Source: Pseudogymnoascus verrucosus
Lineage: Eukaryota
Strand: one strand, 5' to 3'
Length of the DNA: 64,000 bases
Assembly: GCA_001662655.1 (NCBI GenBank)
Contig: KV460274.1
Below, one piece after another: positions 13,659 through 26,154 of the stretch (position 1 is its first letter; each line of letters begins with the position of its first letter). The notes beneath the pieces are model-generated. The model did no database searches and was not told the origin of the DNA. It worked only from the letters and a program-made list of their open reading frames with translations. The position numbers were made by a program, and so were the translations under genes.

Positions 13659-13950
13659 CTTGTCTGACAAACGCAGACTTGACAGATGTGAAAGAGATGG
13701 ATTTGGATTCGGATGTAGGAAGGAAAATTCTCAGGCGGAACACGTTTTCATCTTATAAAAAGTGGTCTACAGAGAAGGAAAAGGGTCGACTTCGGAAGGA
13801 TTGATGAAAAAGGGTCCAACATACGATGATTCAACCCCCACTCTCTTCCGACCAGTAAATGTACAGCATGTAAAGCGTAAACCTAACAAACAAACTCGCT
13901 CACTTTGGGATATTTATGAGCTATACCCTAATCAACTCCAACACCTTCCC

Positions 13951-14317
13951 GCCAAGTGCAGTTTTGTCGCTTGGCCAGTCTTGGTAGGACACCTTGATGG
14001 ATAATATTTTCAGTTCTCGTTTGTGCGTATAATCGTAACCGATTATATGCTATTATATCTAATTGGATCATAATGGCAAAGGAATTGAAGTGTCCGCTCA
14101 GCCAAGCATAGGCATTTCTTGGGATTCTACGTATGAAGCTGTGCGTGGGGGGGATTGGCACAGGTAAGACGTTACCACGAGGTTAGCACGCCTATGAGGT
14201 TGCGGTACTACTAGCGGAACTACCGCCTTAGCGCGCCTGTCAACGTAACCCGGGTGTATATGTTAACAGGCGAGTAGAACGTGGGTGTCACGCAATTGAC
14301 CCACTGTCCAACAAGGT
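13951..14317. promoter_or_regulatory. divergent zrfC/aspf2 promoter with ZafA-type (CAAGGT) and PacC-type (GCCARG) sites
   Basis: ACCTTG at 13991-13996 (minus-strand context CCATCAAGGTGTCC) and CAAGGT at 14312-14317; GCCAAG at 13951 and 14101, CTTGGC at 13970. Confidence 0.65.
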
Positions 14318-14572
14318 ATCAATCCGTTTATAATTTTTGATACATACGATCTTTCCTCAATAGGAGGAATGGCATGAGGCTGTGAGAGAGAATGGAGTGG
14401 AGTGATTGGGATATATGGACTGTAGAGCGGAATGGATCTGAGGAGTGCAGCTGAGTATGCAGCTTGATCCTTGGGTATATAAACAGCTCCTCCTGCCCTT
14501 CGCAGATCTCGTTGGAAGCTGCCATCTCAACCCGTACAAGCTCCGTCTATCAATTCCTATCCGCCCTTAAAA

Positions 14573-15679
14573 ATGCGTCTTTCTTCGGTTCTCGTCGGGG
14601 TATCTCTCCAAGCTCTCCAAGCAGCAGCTTTACCCGTTGGCAGCTCGGAGTCTCCCTTCACATCTACCTCCCCGGCTCTTGCAAGCTCAACTGCCCCTCC
14701 TGTCTATGACTGGAGCTCAGGTTACGAGTCTCAATTCATCATCCACCCATCTTGCAACTCCACCGAGCGCCATGAGATCACATCTGGCCTCGAGCAAGCT
14801 GTGACCATCGCAAAGCATGCAAAGGAACATAGTATGGACGCACCGTCGTCACGTTATCACTCCTCTGTGATAATGTGACATGACTCCTTCGCACATCAAT
14901 GCTAACCATTCTTTAGTCCTCATCCACCGCAACAGCTCCAAGGTCTTCCAGAAGTACTTCGGACAAGGCCCAACCGGCCCTGTCATCGGATGGTTGGACA
15001 AGATCGCCACCGCGAACCGTGCTGGTGTTATATTCCGCTGCGACGACCCAGATAAGAACTGCGTAACCCAGGATGGTAAGTTGTCGTCTTGTCTTCAATG
15101 CAGACCTCTCTAACACAAACCACAGGCTGGGCAGGACACCACAGAGGATCCAACGCCACTTCGGAGACTGTCATCTGCCCCCTCTCATACACAACCCGTC
15201 GTCCCCTAACAGCCCTCTGCGCTCGTGGCTTTGACATGGCAACGGGTCGCACCAACGACTACTGGGCCGCGGATCTCATGCACCGCCTATACCACGTCCC
15301 GGCTGTCGGCGAAGATGAAATCGGCCACTACGCCGACGGGTACTCTGAGCTTCTGGAACTGGCGGTGGGCGCAAACCGCACCGACGCTGCGAGGAACAGC
15401 GCGTCGCTGTCGTATTTCGCGCTTGAGGCGTATGCGTATGATATCTCGGTTCCGGGCGAGGGATGTGCTGGCAAGGTGGTCGAGGAGGAACATGATCACG
15501 ATCATGATCACGATGCGAGCGCGACTAGCTCTGCTGCTGGTGCTGCTGCCACGTCAGTTAATCCAACGAGGGTTATTCCTGTGTCCACGACTGCTGCTGC
15601 CCCGGTAGCTACAGCAACTGGAGGCGGAGCTGGAAAGGAGTGCCATACTCATGATGATGGAACGGAGCATTGCACGTAG
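14573..15679 (+). CDS. aspf2: secreted zincophore, Asp f2/Pra1 family
   Basis: Signal-peptide-like start; introns at about 14832-14917 and 15075-15126. Motifs IHPSCN, FRCDDPD, GWAGHHRG and MHRLYHVP, a His-rich HDHDHDH tract and C-terminal CHTHDDGTEHC; divergent from zrfC. Confidence 0.92.
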
Positions 15680-16291
15680 ATAATTGTGGGAGGCCGCATC
15701 GTCGTGCTATAATTGCACTTTGTCACGAGCAACGAAAAATTATGGAGTCAACTTTATTTGATAAATGTAGCCTAAAATTAATAGATACACATCCCTTTTG
15801 CAATTGTTCGTGCCCCTTTTACCTCATCCCACAGAGAACAGTAATTTTTAAGTGTGTTGGCTGAGGTTGGGACATCCGGAGCACGGAGAATCCTACCCCG
15901 CGTGAAAATTGTGGCCCAAACGTTTGGAAGCTAAAAGTTGTAGATGTATGACATCATTCCCCCTCCATGGACGACGTCATGTACACCAGTACCACCATTC
16001 ATCAGGGCTGCTGTACTATGGTTAAGGGACGATCCAGACTAATATAGGGGAAAGATGGAGGTGAATCTGGCTGAATGGGGGTGAAGCAAGGCAGGACAGA
16101 CCGTCATTGCCGCATACATGGTCGACGTCAGCGATTCAAGGTCAAGGGGGGCAAGATATATGCCTCCTCCCCTCCCCGGATTTCGAGCCTCTTCTTCTCC
16201 TGGACATACCGACTATTTGATTGCATACCAAACCATTTGACCACTATTGTAAACAAGAAGCATTCAACCAACCCAACCAAGATTAGCAAAC

Positions 16292-17890
16292 ATGGAGACC
16301 ATCCACCGCGCCGCCAGCGCCGCCAGCGAAGCCCTCTTCGGCGAGCATGGAGAGCACGGGCAGACCACCCATGGTAAGACGGGTACTACCACACACACCA
16401 ATGTCGCGGGAGAGTATACCCACGAGCCGCTGTCGGGACGGACAGGGGATACAAAGGCAGGAGAGCCGTATGATGCTGGTAACTTAGGTGGTGCGTTTAA
16501 CCCCTTTCCGACAGTGCGAGATATAAAGGATATATGCTAACTGTTGAATAGAGTTGATCGTTAATTCATTATGATAATAGGAGAAGGAACTAACAACCAC
16601 AGACGAGAGATCTCAGCAGCGCATTGCCGCTTCAAGGGGCGAGCCCACCAACACCACTGGCACAGCTAGAGAATACACTTCCACCTCTGGCACATCAGGA
16701 GGGTATGCCCCCGCTACGTCTACTACCGGCACAGCTGGAGGATATGCTCCAACCACATCTACTACAGGCACAGCTGGCGGATACGCCCCAACCACATCCA
16801 CAACCGGCACAGCTGGTGGATATGCTCCAACCACATCCACTTCCGGCACAGCTGGCGAATATGCCCCCACCACTTCCACCACCAAGTCCTCCACCGGCGA
16901 AGGCGGACTCCGCCGCTCCTCCGACATCTCCCCCCGCTCCGGCCCAGCCGCAGGCACAATCCCCATCCCCTCCAACATTGACCGCCAAGCCGGCGGAGGC
17001 TCTTACTCTTCCGCCCGCGAGACCGCAGCGCGCGCCATGGGCTCAGCTGAGACGCCTGGCAGCGGTGCTGGTGCATATTTCGGCGCTGGTGCTGGTTCTG
17101 GTGCTGCCGCGGGAGGTGCGGGATTGTGGAGTGCGGGGCAGAGGAGGGAGGAGGCTGGTGCTAGAGATGAGAATGGGTATAAGCCTGGCGAGGAGGGGTA
17201 TACTGGTAAGGGGACGGAGCAGGCGGGGAAGGGGGGACAGCAAGCAAGATTTGCGGGTGAGGGTGGTGAGGCGGATGCAGCGGATGTGACGCCTTCCAGG
17301 GCACATGCTGAGGGGAAGAAGGTTAGGGATGTTGGCGAGAGTTCTACGACTGGTCCGACTGGTGCCGGTGCTGGAGCTGGACCTACCGGGGCTGCTCGTG
17401 GTCCTGGTGCTGGACCTATCGGGGCTGCTGGTGCTGTTGGCGCTGGCGCTTCTGGTGCCGGAGCTTCAACAGGTGGCGCCGCGGCCGGGAGCGCACCCGT
17501 CGGCCGTCGTCAGAGCTTGACGGCACACCTCCCCGGCGAGCCTGGCGGCGAGGGCTTGCGTCGCACGAGTAACGCGGGACAGGGAACGGGAGAGCAGTGG
17601 GTTAAGAGCACTGGTTTTAAGGCTGAAGGCGGGGATTTTGACGCCAGTGCTCCTGGTGCCGGAAGGGAGGCTGATCGTGAGTTTTCTCCTGTGTGTGTGA
17701 GTTGGGACAAGGGCTAACAATTGTGGCAGGCCTGTTGATGGAGAAGGGCATCAAGCGCTCCGGTGCAGATGAGAAGAAGGTAACGGGACAGATGGATACG
17801 ACGGCACCCAATGGGGGCCACAACAATGCTTCGGATAACCTAGGTCTGAAGGATAAGCTTAAGAATAAGCTGCATAAGGGCCCGCTGTAA
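16292..17890 (+). CDS. glycine/threonine-rich repeat protein of unknown function
   Basis: Exon 1 is 16292-16487 (or 16490), exon 2 is 16603-17676 and exon 3 is 17730-17890, all in frame. C-terminal block GTGEQWVKSTGFKAEGGDFDASAPGAGREADRLL looks like a conserved ascomycete motif. Confidence 0.75.
16689..16883 (+). repeat. coding 39-nt tandem repeat x5 (GTAGGYAPTTSTT)
   Basis: GGCACA unit starts at 16689, 16728, 16767, 16806 and 16845. Confidence 0.9.
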
Positions 17891-18505
17891 GAAGAGGACC
17901 CGATAATATGAATGGGGCTATGCGACGAGTTTTCTGCTCAAGCTCGTCGTTGGATTATGTTTTAGAATTTGTATAAGCTAGTTTCTATTGAATGATATAT
18001 TATGTTATTATTGTAACGTCTGGTTGCCGTAGTATCTGGATTCTTTGTCGAGAGTCCACCGCAAGATCCAAGTTGTAAGACTATATGATATAAAGTGGAA
18101 TTCTGATACTCTTTTTTTAATATAGACATCATTCAGAGCCTATGGTGATTATATTAATAATTTTTAATTTTTAAGTACTGAAAAATATTATCTTCGAAAT
18201 GTTGTATTGTGTTGATTAATATATTCAACCATTTAATACAGATTTATTTATATTTTCCCCCAAAAACATTATCCCCCATCGCTCCTTCCTTCTACGCGCG
18301 AAATTCTCTTCTTTAGCGTCTAAATAATTCCTGCGCTACCCCATCCTCCTCACACCCTCAAAATCAAATCCCAAGAATAACTCACGGCCCTCCGTCCATT
18401 TCATCAATCCTACAACCCAGATTCCGAGATGATGTCAAAATCAGGATATACGGGTTAGTTTGCTTATATCAAGGTCGATAAGCTATCCATGTACATCAAA
18501 CAAAT

Positions 18506-18619
18506 GTCTTCATGGCTCAGTTGGTTAGAGCGTTGGTCTCATACTTCAAGTATGACGTAACTGTCAAACAGTCATGTGATTCCATCCAAAGGTCGTGAGT
18601 TCGAACCTCACTGAGGACA
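18506..18619 (+). tRNA. tRNA-Met(CAT), elongator type, with about 40-nt intron (18544-18583)
   Basis: Acceptor stem GTCTTCA/TGAGGAC, D-arm GCTC..GAGC, anticodon loop CTCATA, T-arm GTGAG-TTCGAAC-CTCAC, downstream T-run. Confidence 0.93.
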
Positions 18620-19040
18620 AATCAATTTTTTGCTGTTTTTTGCTAATTTGTATGCAATGAGTGCTTTTTGTTTTGCTTTTGTGGCCCTAGAGAGGAGCAG
18701 GGTGGCTGTGTGTGCAGGGTGGAGGGGGTGAGCTGTGGTATTACCCTGTTCTGCTGGTGGTGGCGCCTGGTGGAGATGGACAGGGTGATTCTGCGCGGGG
18801 TTGAGGGGGAGTGGTACTCGTGCCGCCTACAAGCCCAAGGGAGAATGGATGGCACCAGTGATTGCAACAACTTTGGATGGCAACAGTGATTTCAGCAACA
18901 GTAATTCACACAAACTGTATACAACGGCTTTTTCTCTTCCTCCATCTTCGTCGCTCCTCATCACCATATGACCCTTGCTCCTCAACTCTCCTGCGATTAT
19001 TCCGCCTCCGTCACTATACTGCTGCTCGCCTCGCAGTGAA

Positions 19041-19799
19041 CTATTTTCCGCGACTTCGGTGACGGTAAGTCTCAAGTCTTGCCCGTAGCATCGCTTGCCA
19101 TATCCGGGTCCGCATGTCGTCGGGCGTCATATTCTTCCCAAAGAAAGCTCCTCGCGGATTCACGAAGTTGTGTTCCGTGGTATGCATAACGAATACGGCG
19201 AACCAGTCCATGGAGGTAAAGTGTTCAACCTGATACAACCGAGAGTATCTCTTGGCTCCGTTCTCCTCCTCATAGATTATGGCGTCCTTCACCCCGGCTA
19301 GTCGTATCGTTCTAATGGAGTATCCGCTACCTCCACCCGAAATTTTGTTGAGGTTCGTTAGCAGGTCAGAGTAGTATGGCCGAAACGCTTCACTCTTCAT
19401 CCAGGTGTCCAAGGCTTCGCCGTCAGAGAACCCGAAAGCAAGCGCGAGATGCTTTCTTGACCTGAATGTCGTTGCCGGGACTGGGCCACGAATTCCTAGC
19501 TCCGAAAGCCTCTGTTAGCTTTAATGCCCGTCAGTAGCTGTGGGAACCAGTATACCGATGGTGCCGCTGCCAGCTTCAACACGGACTTGGTAATTTTCAT
19601 TGGGTTGGACATTATCTCCATGGGCGACATCTGGCCCATCCGTTTCGCCTTGGGGTGCGGCCATTTCCCCTTGATTGTCAATGAGTCGTCGCTCTCCACT
19701 GTTGTGCGCCATTTCGAGGTTGCCATGCATCTCGCCTTGAAAGCTGGCCGTTTCCCCTTGCTTGCCAATGGGATCTTGCTCTCCACCGTTGTTCTCCAT
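19041..19799 (-). CDS. hypothetical orphan protein with N-terminal 29-aa duplication
   Basis: ORF 19799-19556 joins ORF 19495-19041 in frame through intron 19555-19496 (GTATAC..GCTAAC..TAG), giving SGTI-G-IRGPVP...; no known domain recognised. Confidence 0.45.
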
Positions 19800-20491
19800 T
19801 TCGAGGTCGTATTGAAAGTCTCAAAGGTAGACTCCACGGGCAGTACTTGTAGGCGGGCGGGGAATATGACGTTTAGCAGACGCGCTGTATCAAAGAGTGT
19901 GGAATAAACTCACTTGAGTAGAGATGCCTGCAAAAAAAAAACGGAAGGAGCAACCCACAAGTCCGCAACGGTCACTAAAGCATCCATCTCGCGTTCATCA
20001 GCTTTTTAAATTCCAATGTGTATGTAGATCTCTAAAAGCGGTTGATTGACGCCTTCATACCTAACAGGAACAATATGGAGTTGAGACGCCAACATGCCTC
20101 ATAACTGAACACCGAGACTCTCATCTGAAGAGCAATACCACAGAAATTGTTCTCTCACTGTTCAGGGCCGACCTCTCAAATCACCGGAGATAAAGTGAGA
20201 CTTGTAACAACTTACATCAATAAACAGTACTCAATACGACATGGTACATCCCGAAATCTTCAAAATCGGGTTTGAGCCGAATTATCCACAGTATCTCCTA
20301 TTCAAGAGCTATGGCGAGCTGATTAGAAAGAGGTAAAGAAAAAAACAAATAACAAATAACGCCAAAAACATCCGCCCAGTGATGTGAAATGCAGAACCAA
20401 CGATGCCGATGAAACTCTCTCTCCCGTTTGTACGATGGATATAGACAGTTCGCTCCGTGATATACTCCCTCTCTGCCCATCCGGTGATACA

Positions 20492-22517
20492 TTACTCTCC
20501 CTTTACCGCAGTGCCAGCGACCGCGGCAGCAGCAGAACTCCCCTCTCCAGCCTCTCCAGCGACATCATCGCCCACCTCCTTCTCCTTCCCCTTCTCCTCT
20601 TCCCCAAGGCCCTCACCACCCCCACCCAAAGGCTTCAGCGGATCGTACCCCACGCTCTTCACAATACCCAGCCCCTTCGTCCTGCCCTCTCTGAACAGCA
20701 ACCTATCGCCAGGAACCAGATACTCTGGCCTCTGCACAAACCGGAACGCCACCGTCGCGCGGTCTCCAGTACGGATGTGCGCTCGGTCAATGGCGATGAT
20801 GGTGCACGTCTGCGAGACGGGCCCGACGTGGAGCATAGCCTGGTACTTGGGCTTGATAGTCGTGGCGTGAGAGAGAATAAGGACTGTTAGAGTTAGTCTA
20901 CGAAAAGAAGAGTAAAAGGGGAGAAGACGTACCCTCCGCGACGAACTCGCGGAACACGCGCGGCGCATCAGCTGCATCCTCTGGCTTCGCAAGCACCACC
21001 ATCCCCTTCCGCACATCACGTCGCCTCACTCTTTTCAGCGCGAAGGACGCCGACTGCCCTGCCGATGTGGCTGGCACCGGTATTCGCTTCCGCTCGATGG
21101 AGCGGATCGTCGTCTGCGTGAAGTGGCCTAGCGAGTCCGGGCCGACGAGGACGTGGTCACCAGCGTGCACGACGCCGCTCTTAACGATGCCCGACACGAC
21201 GGTCCCGACGAATGGAACGGAGAAGGTATCGTTGATGTGAAACTCGAACGGCGCCGTGGAATCATAGTGCCCATGGTGCGGTAGGATGTTGAGGAACGTC
21301 CGGACCAGATCGAGGTTCTTCCCGGTGACATTCGAGACCTGGAAGATGGGGCAAATGCGCTGCGAGACGAACTGTGTGGCTGTGTTGATGCAGCTCTCGC
21401 GGTCGGAGATGAAGATGGGGATTTTGCGTGCGCCAGGAGATTTGAGGATCCGCGTTATCTGCGTGATAGTCTGCTCGAGGATGTGCGGTGGGCAGATGTC
21501 GATCTTGGTGATGACGACCATCACGGGTACGTTGAGCGCGAGCGCGATACCGAGATGCTCTTTGCTCATACCAATGAGGCCGTTATTCGCGGCGACCATC
21601 AGTAGGCAGTAGTTCGGGCTCGACGAGAGCATCCCGAACACGGTGGTGCGGAGATACCGCTCGTGCCCAGCGAGATCAGTGAAGGATATCACCTTCGCCG
21701 AGCGTTTCCCAATCTCCTCCCACGACAAGCTGCGGCCGGGGACATCTGACACGATGATCTTCCCCGACGCGCCAAATCCCATAATCTCCATGCCGACAGA
21801 GCTAGTCCGCCCACTCTCGATCTCATGCTTATGCCGGAAGAGGTTAACACGCGCCTTCCCCCTCCCATCATCTAGCCCTCCCTTGACCAGCACCCCAAGC
21901 ATGGTACTCTTCCCCGCATCAACATTCCCCACGACGGCTATCCGTGTCTCAATCACATCCTCCGCCGTCGAGGGGTTCTGCCTCACTAGGACCTTCCCAC
22001 TGGACTCTTTCTCCTTGTCATCAACCGTCTCCGCCTCAGCCTCTCCCCCGACGTTCTTTGTAAGCAGGACCTGGCACTCTGCACGCTCATTCGACGCTGC
22101 CTCACGCAGCCGTGCGAGTGCACCCTCCCACTCCTCCTTTGTAAGGTTCATGCACTCCCCACTGTTCTCGAAGCCGATATCGAAGACTGTCTCGCCGTGT
22201 CCCTCGAGGATGCGCGCACGCAGTACCTCTGCAAGCCGTGGGATCGCATCATCTGCATCGCCCAACAGCAACTCACGCAGCCGGACCTGTGGTGCTGAGT
22301 CTGCGAGGTCGAGGGAGTTGAGGATATCGAGCTCATCGTGGTCTTCGGTGGCGGAGCTACCCGCCGGGTACCGCGTCGCTTGCTGTTTCTCAACGTACTC
22401 GGCGAATTCGCTGAGGGCCTACGTGGGTTAGCTAGATCGCATATCCCATTATATAGTTACACATACTGATTCGCCTTTCCGCCGCTCATGGGGGAGCTGT
22501 TTCCCTTTGCTTGTCAT
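20492..22517 (-). CDS. GTPBP1: GTP-binding protein 1 (translational GTPase)
   Basis: G1 motif IAVVGNVDAGKST, then FRHKHEIESGRTSSVG, DLAGHERY and TKID. Introns near 22420-22466 and 20884-20932. Confidence 0.9.
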
Positions 22518-23067
22518 GATCTGGTGCGATTTGGTTCGTGGACGGAGTCCTATGTCGCGACCCGCCGTAGGGTTTGTACTTTAGTTAGAAGGTCGCCGTG
22601 TATTCGAATAATCATTTGGATGGTATAAAACCGCAAGGTATATGAGGGTTTGGGAATTGTTGGCGTGAGCTGTGGTGTCTGTCTATGTCATAGGTGCCTT
22701 CCGAGCTGGGCTGGATATGTGGTCTATATAGTGGGGGAGAACGCCTTATCGAGTCACACTCTAGGAAGCTGGCGGTGACGCACACGGCCAACACGGTCTT
22801 CAACTACAGAGTACATAGGAACGAAGCTTGGAGCTGAAGTTGCTTTGATTATGTATGGCTATGACTGGAAAGGTCATTCATTGAGCATTTTATTGCTCTG
22901 TTGGTTGGTTTGTGGCTGCGCGACTTGACGCCTTGCGCCCACCTGGTCCTCCAACAACGGCCTACAAGTCTCCATTTCCTATCAGACGCGTGCATCCCCT
23001 TATATTCCAGTTATTTCGAGATATGTTGTTCTCCGTGGATATCAGTCGGGGTCAATGTCGTGGTCGG

Positions 23068-23536
23068 TCATGACGAGGCTTGTGGTGATATGAGCACAAC
23101 GCTGTCTCCTACATTGGGCGTCAGTATTTCCGTAACCAAGAATTATGCGTGGTAGCTCGAATTATAGATAACTTACCTCGTACGAAAAGCATCTCCGACT
23201 TCTTGTGGATAGTCTGTTGTAATGTTAATGCCCGCCAGGTAGTGCAAGAAGCTTCCCCATAATACCTTCAACGTCTCTCCATCTTCATCATCCTCGTCGA
23301 CCACGTAGACTGTTTCTACTACATCTCCAAGCACCAAGTTGCAATGACTATCGTAGGCCTGTGCGACACGTCAGTATGGGCCCAGAGGTGCTTCTTTGGA
23401 CATAACGTACGTGGAGACGGCCCTTCAGTTCGCGGTCACCTCTCAGCTTGACAAAGACGATCTCATCCAAGGACAGGCGTACAAGATCAAGGGGCTCATC
23501 AATAGGAGCCCCGCGACCTTCATCAACATCAGCCAT
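23068..23536 (-). CDS. LSM3: U6 snRNA-associated Sm-like protein LSm3
   Basis: Four exons: [43 protein letters not shown]|..[15 protein letters not shown]. Confidence 0.95.
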
Positions 23537-24023
23537 TATGAATGTGTCGATCGTTGAAGCTGTGAGCTTGCTGGCGTGGTGCGGGTTATCAAAGATCGCG
23601 ATTTGACTAGGGCGGAAGTTGCCGCCATCGGCAGCCAGCCTTGAATAAATGTTTATGGACCCTTTATGGGTTTATGGGCGTCAACACCTTCTTTGAGCAG
23701 CTTCTTCTTTTGGAGGGAAGCAATGGAAATATACAATTCTCTAGAATCCCCATTTGCATGGTACTTCTAGCTGCCCTCACTGTGGCCGCCTCGAGTGACG
23801 TTTTTAAGCTTCTGCCCATCTCTTCAAATAGTAAAATACTAAACTGGAGATATTCTATTCAGAAAAAAATAAATGACCAAGAGGATATGTCCTAGCTGAA
23901 CCGCCATATTAAATCTACCTACTAAGTAATAGCAACGGAATTGGCAAAAAGATATAAAAAGATATCCAACATGAAAACAAAAAATATTGACTGATCTACT
24001 TGAGAGTAGATGGTTCTGAAATA

Positions 24024-24116
24024 TTCCGAACCGGGGAGTCGAACCCCGCGCAACCGCGGATTCATAATTCTTTCGAATGGTGAGAGGCGGATATGTTACC
24101 GATACACCAGTTCGGA
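24024..24116 (-). tRNA. tRNA-Glu(CTC) with short intron
   Basis: Minus strand reads TCCGAAC..GTGTATCGGTAACAT..CCGC-CTCTCA-[intron]-CGCGG..CGGGGTTCGACTCCCCG-GTTCGGA. Confidence 0.9.
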
Positions 24117-24464
24117 GTGGGGTTGTTGAAGATCGGAATCACTATTAGGGTATAAGTAGGGCAATAGGATCCCGTCGCATCCCTGACCGGAGTCGCCTCG
24201 CTTGTATAAATATTCAATGGGGCGGCCATGGACCATCTTTCACCCAGGTACCAGACTACTGAGCTCTTTGAAATTGAAGTGATCACATTTGCCCAGCGGC
24301 AATAAGAATATCCCAAGTTTGCTATGTGTCTTCCACAGCCTCCCACGATCACGCCTTGAAGTCCTCGAATAGTAGATGCCCAGTCGCATAACCCCTCCTG
24401 TATCCCATCTCTAAAGCAATATTAACACCCTCGCGCCTATGATACACCGCTTTCCCCTCCTCAT

Positions 24465-25441
24465 TCATGATATCTTCTCTAGGTTCAGGTCGTTTACAGC
24501 CATGTACCTGCTCAACCCGATCCAACCCCACCGGAACCACTTCATCTGGCTTATATGTGCGTCCGTCATCGCGCGCTGCGCCGTCCGGATCTCGCCCACC
24601 CCGCTCATGAATAGCAACGGGGAGGGGTGTGCGCCCACGCTGCGCTTCGTGAATGCGGCGATCATCATGCTCGTGATTGTATCGAGGATGCTCGCGTACT
24701 TGCGCACCACATTGACCGTGGACAGTGTGTATAAGTCGACGGGGCTGTCCCAACCTGGACGGTTCTTAATGAGGGACGCGATGAAGTGGCGCGCCCCGTG
24801 GTAGAGGGAGATGTGGTTTGGGTGCGCGGAGACGCCCGAGCGGTCGAAGGTGATGAGCACGTCGATTGTGGCGGTCGGCGCGTCGGCGGACTTGGAGGTG
24901 AGGGTATTGGCAAGGTGAGGAGCGAATGCGGAGGAGAGGAGCGAGGCGATCTTCTCTTTCGACCAAGTCGCCGTCATGCTATCTTGGAAGTCGCTGCGGG
25001 GCAAGGGGTCAGCGAACTGTGCGTTATCGCGGTGCGGGGGAAGGAAGGCGGGGGCTGACTTACGGGTTCTCGACAACGAACACGTCGTCTTCATTTCGTA
25101 GGCCGAGCAGCATGCCGCTCTTGACCAGCTCCTTCTTTCGTGTTTCGCCCAGCCCATCGGCATCGCCTGGCAGCCTGGTTAGCAACCTTCACCCAATCGC
25201 GACATTGGCAATACTTACCACTGCTTAAACACAAGATCTTGAGGTGGTTCCCCAACGCCGGGTCTGTCAAGGCCAGCAGCGCCGGCGCGAAGAACATGGC
25301 CTCATCGTCGGGGTGGGCGATAAGTAAACAGATCCGCCTGTTCTTCAAAGTCGGGAAGCGCCCCTTGACCGTCGCCACGGTATACAGCCACACGACGACG
25401 AGGAGGATAGGGAGAGTGGAAAGTGTAACCCAGAGCATCAT
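24465..25441 (-). CDS. GPI12: GlcNAc-PI de-N-acetylase (PIG-L)
   Basis: N-terminal TM segment; AHPDDEAMFF, ITFD..GVSAHPNH and H.SQMKWFR; two introns. Confidence 0.93.
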
Positions 25442-26154
25442 GGTGCGACGATTACACAGATCGGTTCCGCTGCAGTAGTGGAGTTCAGCACGAGGCTGTA
25501 GACGCGAATGCGAGGATGGAGGGGATGAAAGGCCACGGTTGCGACTTCGATACCGATTAGATTAGTGCCTCATTTGGAGATCCGGGGTAACGGTCGTAGG
25601 TGGTCAGGGCAGATTAGCAGATTAACAATGCCCCTGTAGTGTTGCTATAGTGTTACTTTAGTGGGGGGTAGTGGAAGGGGTAGACGGGAAGCGCGCCAGG
25701 AAACGGTATGGAAAGGGTGCGGGCCTGGCGTTTGCAGGGTATCAAAACGAAATAGGGGTCCAGTTATATTGTCGCCAGGTCGCCAGTAGCAATGTCGCTT
25801 GGACGTGCCAGTCCACGGCCAGACCAGAAGAACAACCCTGCCCACAAAACCTTAAAAAGACTGCCGCGTCAATGTAAGGTACATGCACTCTACCTTGCGT
25901 TATCAATTTAGCATTTGTGGTATTTGAGCGGGGTGTCACTTAAGAAATAGACGCCAGAACACGTGCTCAACAGTTTTTATATCTGTCTGACAAAGCACGC
26001 AAGTAGGAGACTTCTCTAAGGTGCAGGAACGATCCACTACTAACACAACGCCAGGCCACCACCGAAAACCCAACTTTGGAAGAGACCGGCTTTAGCTGGA
26101 GCTGGACATAGAACCCAACCTTAGGAGAGATCGGTTTTACCTGCACATAGAACC

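Noticed and set aside
18025..18045. GTAGTATCTG resembling the U2 snRNA branch-pairing region
   Set aside because: Flanking U2 5' sequence and stem-loops are absent.
18050..18260. AT-rich patch as RIP-mutated transposon
   Set aside because: Short, with no terminal repeats or transposase/RT remnants visible.
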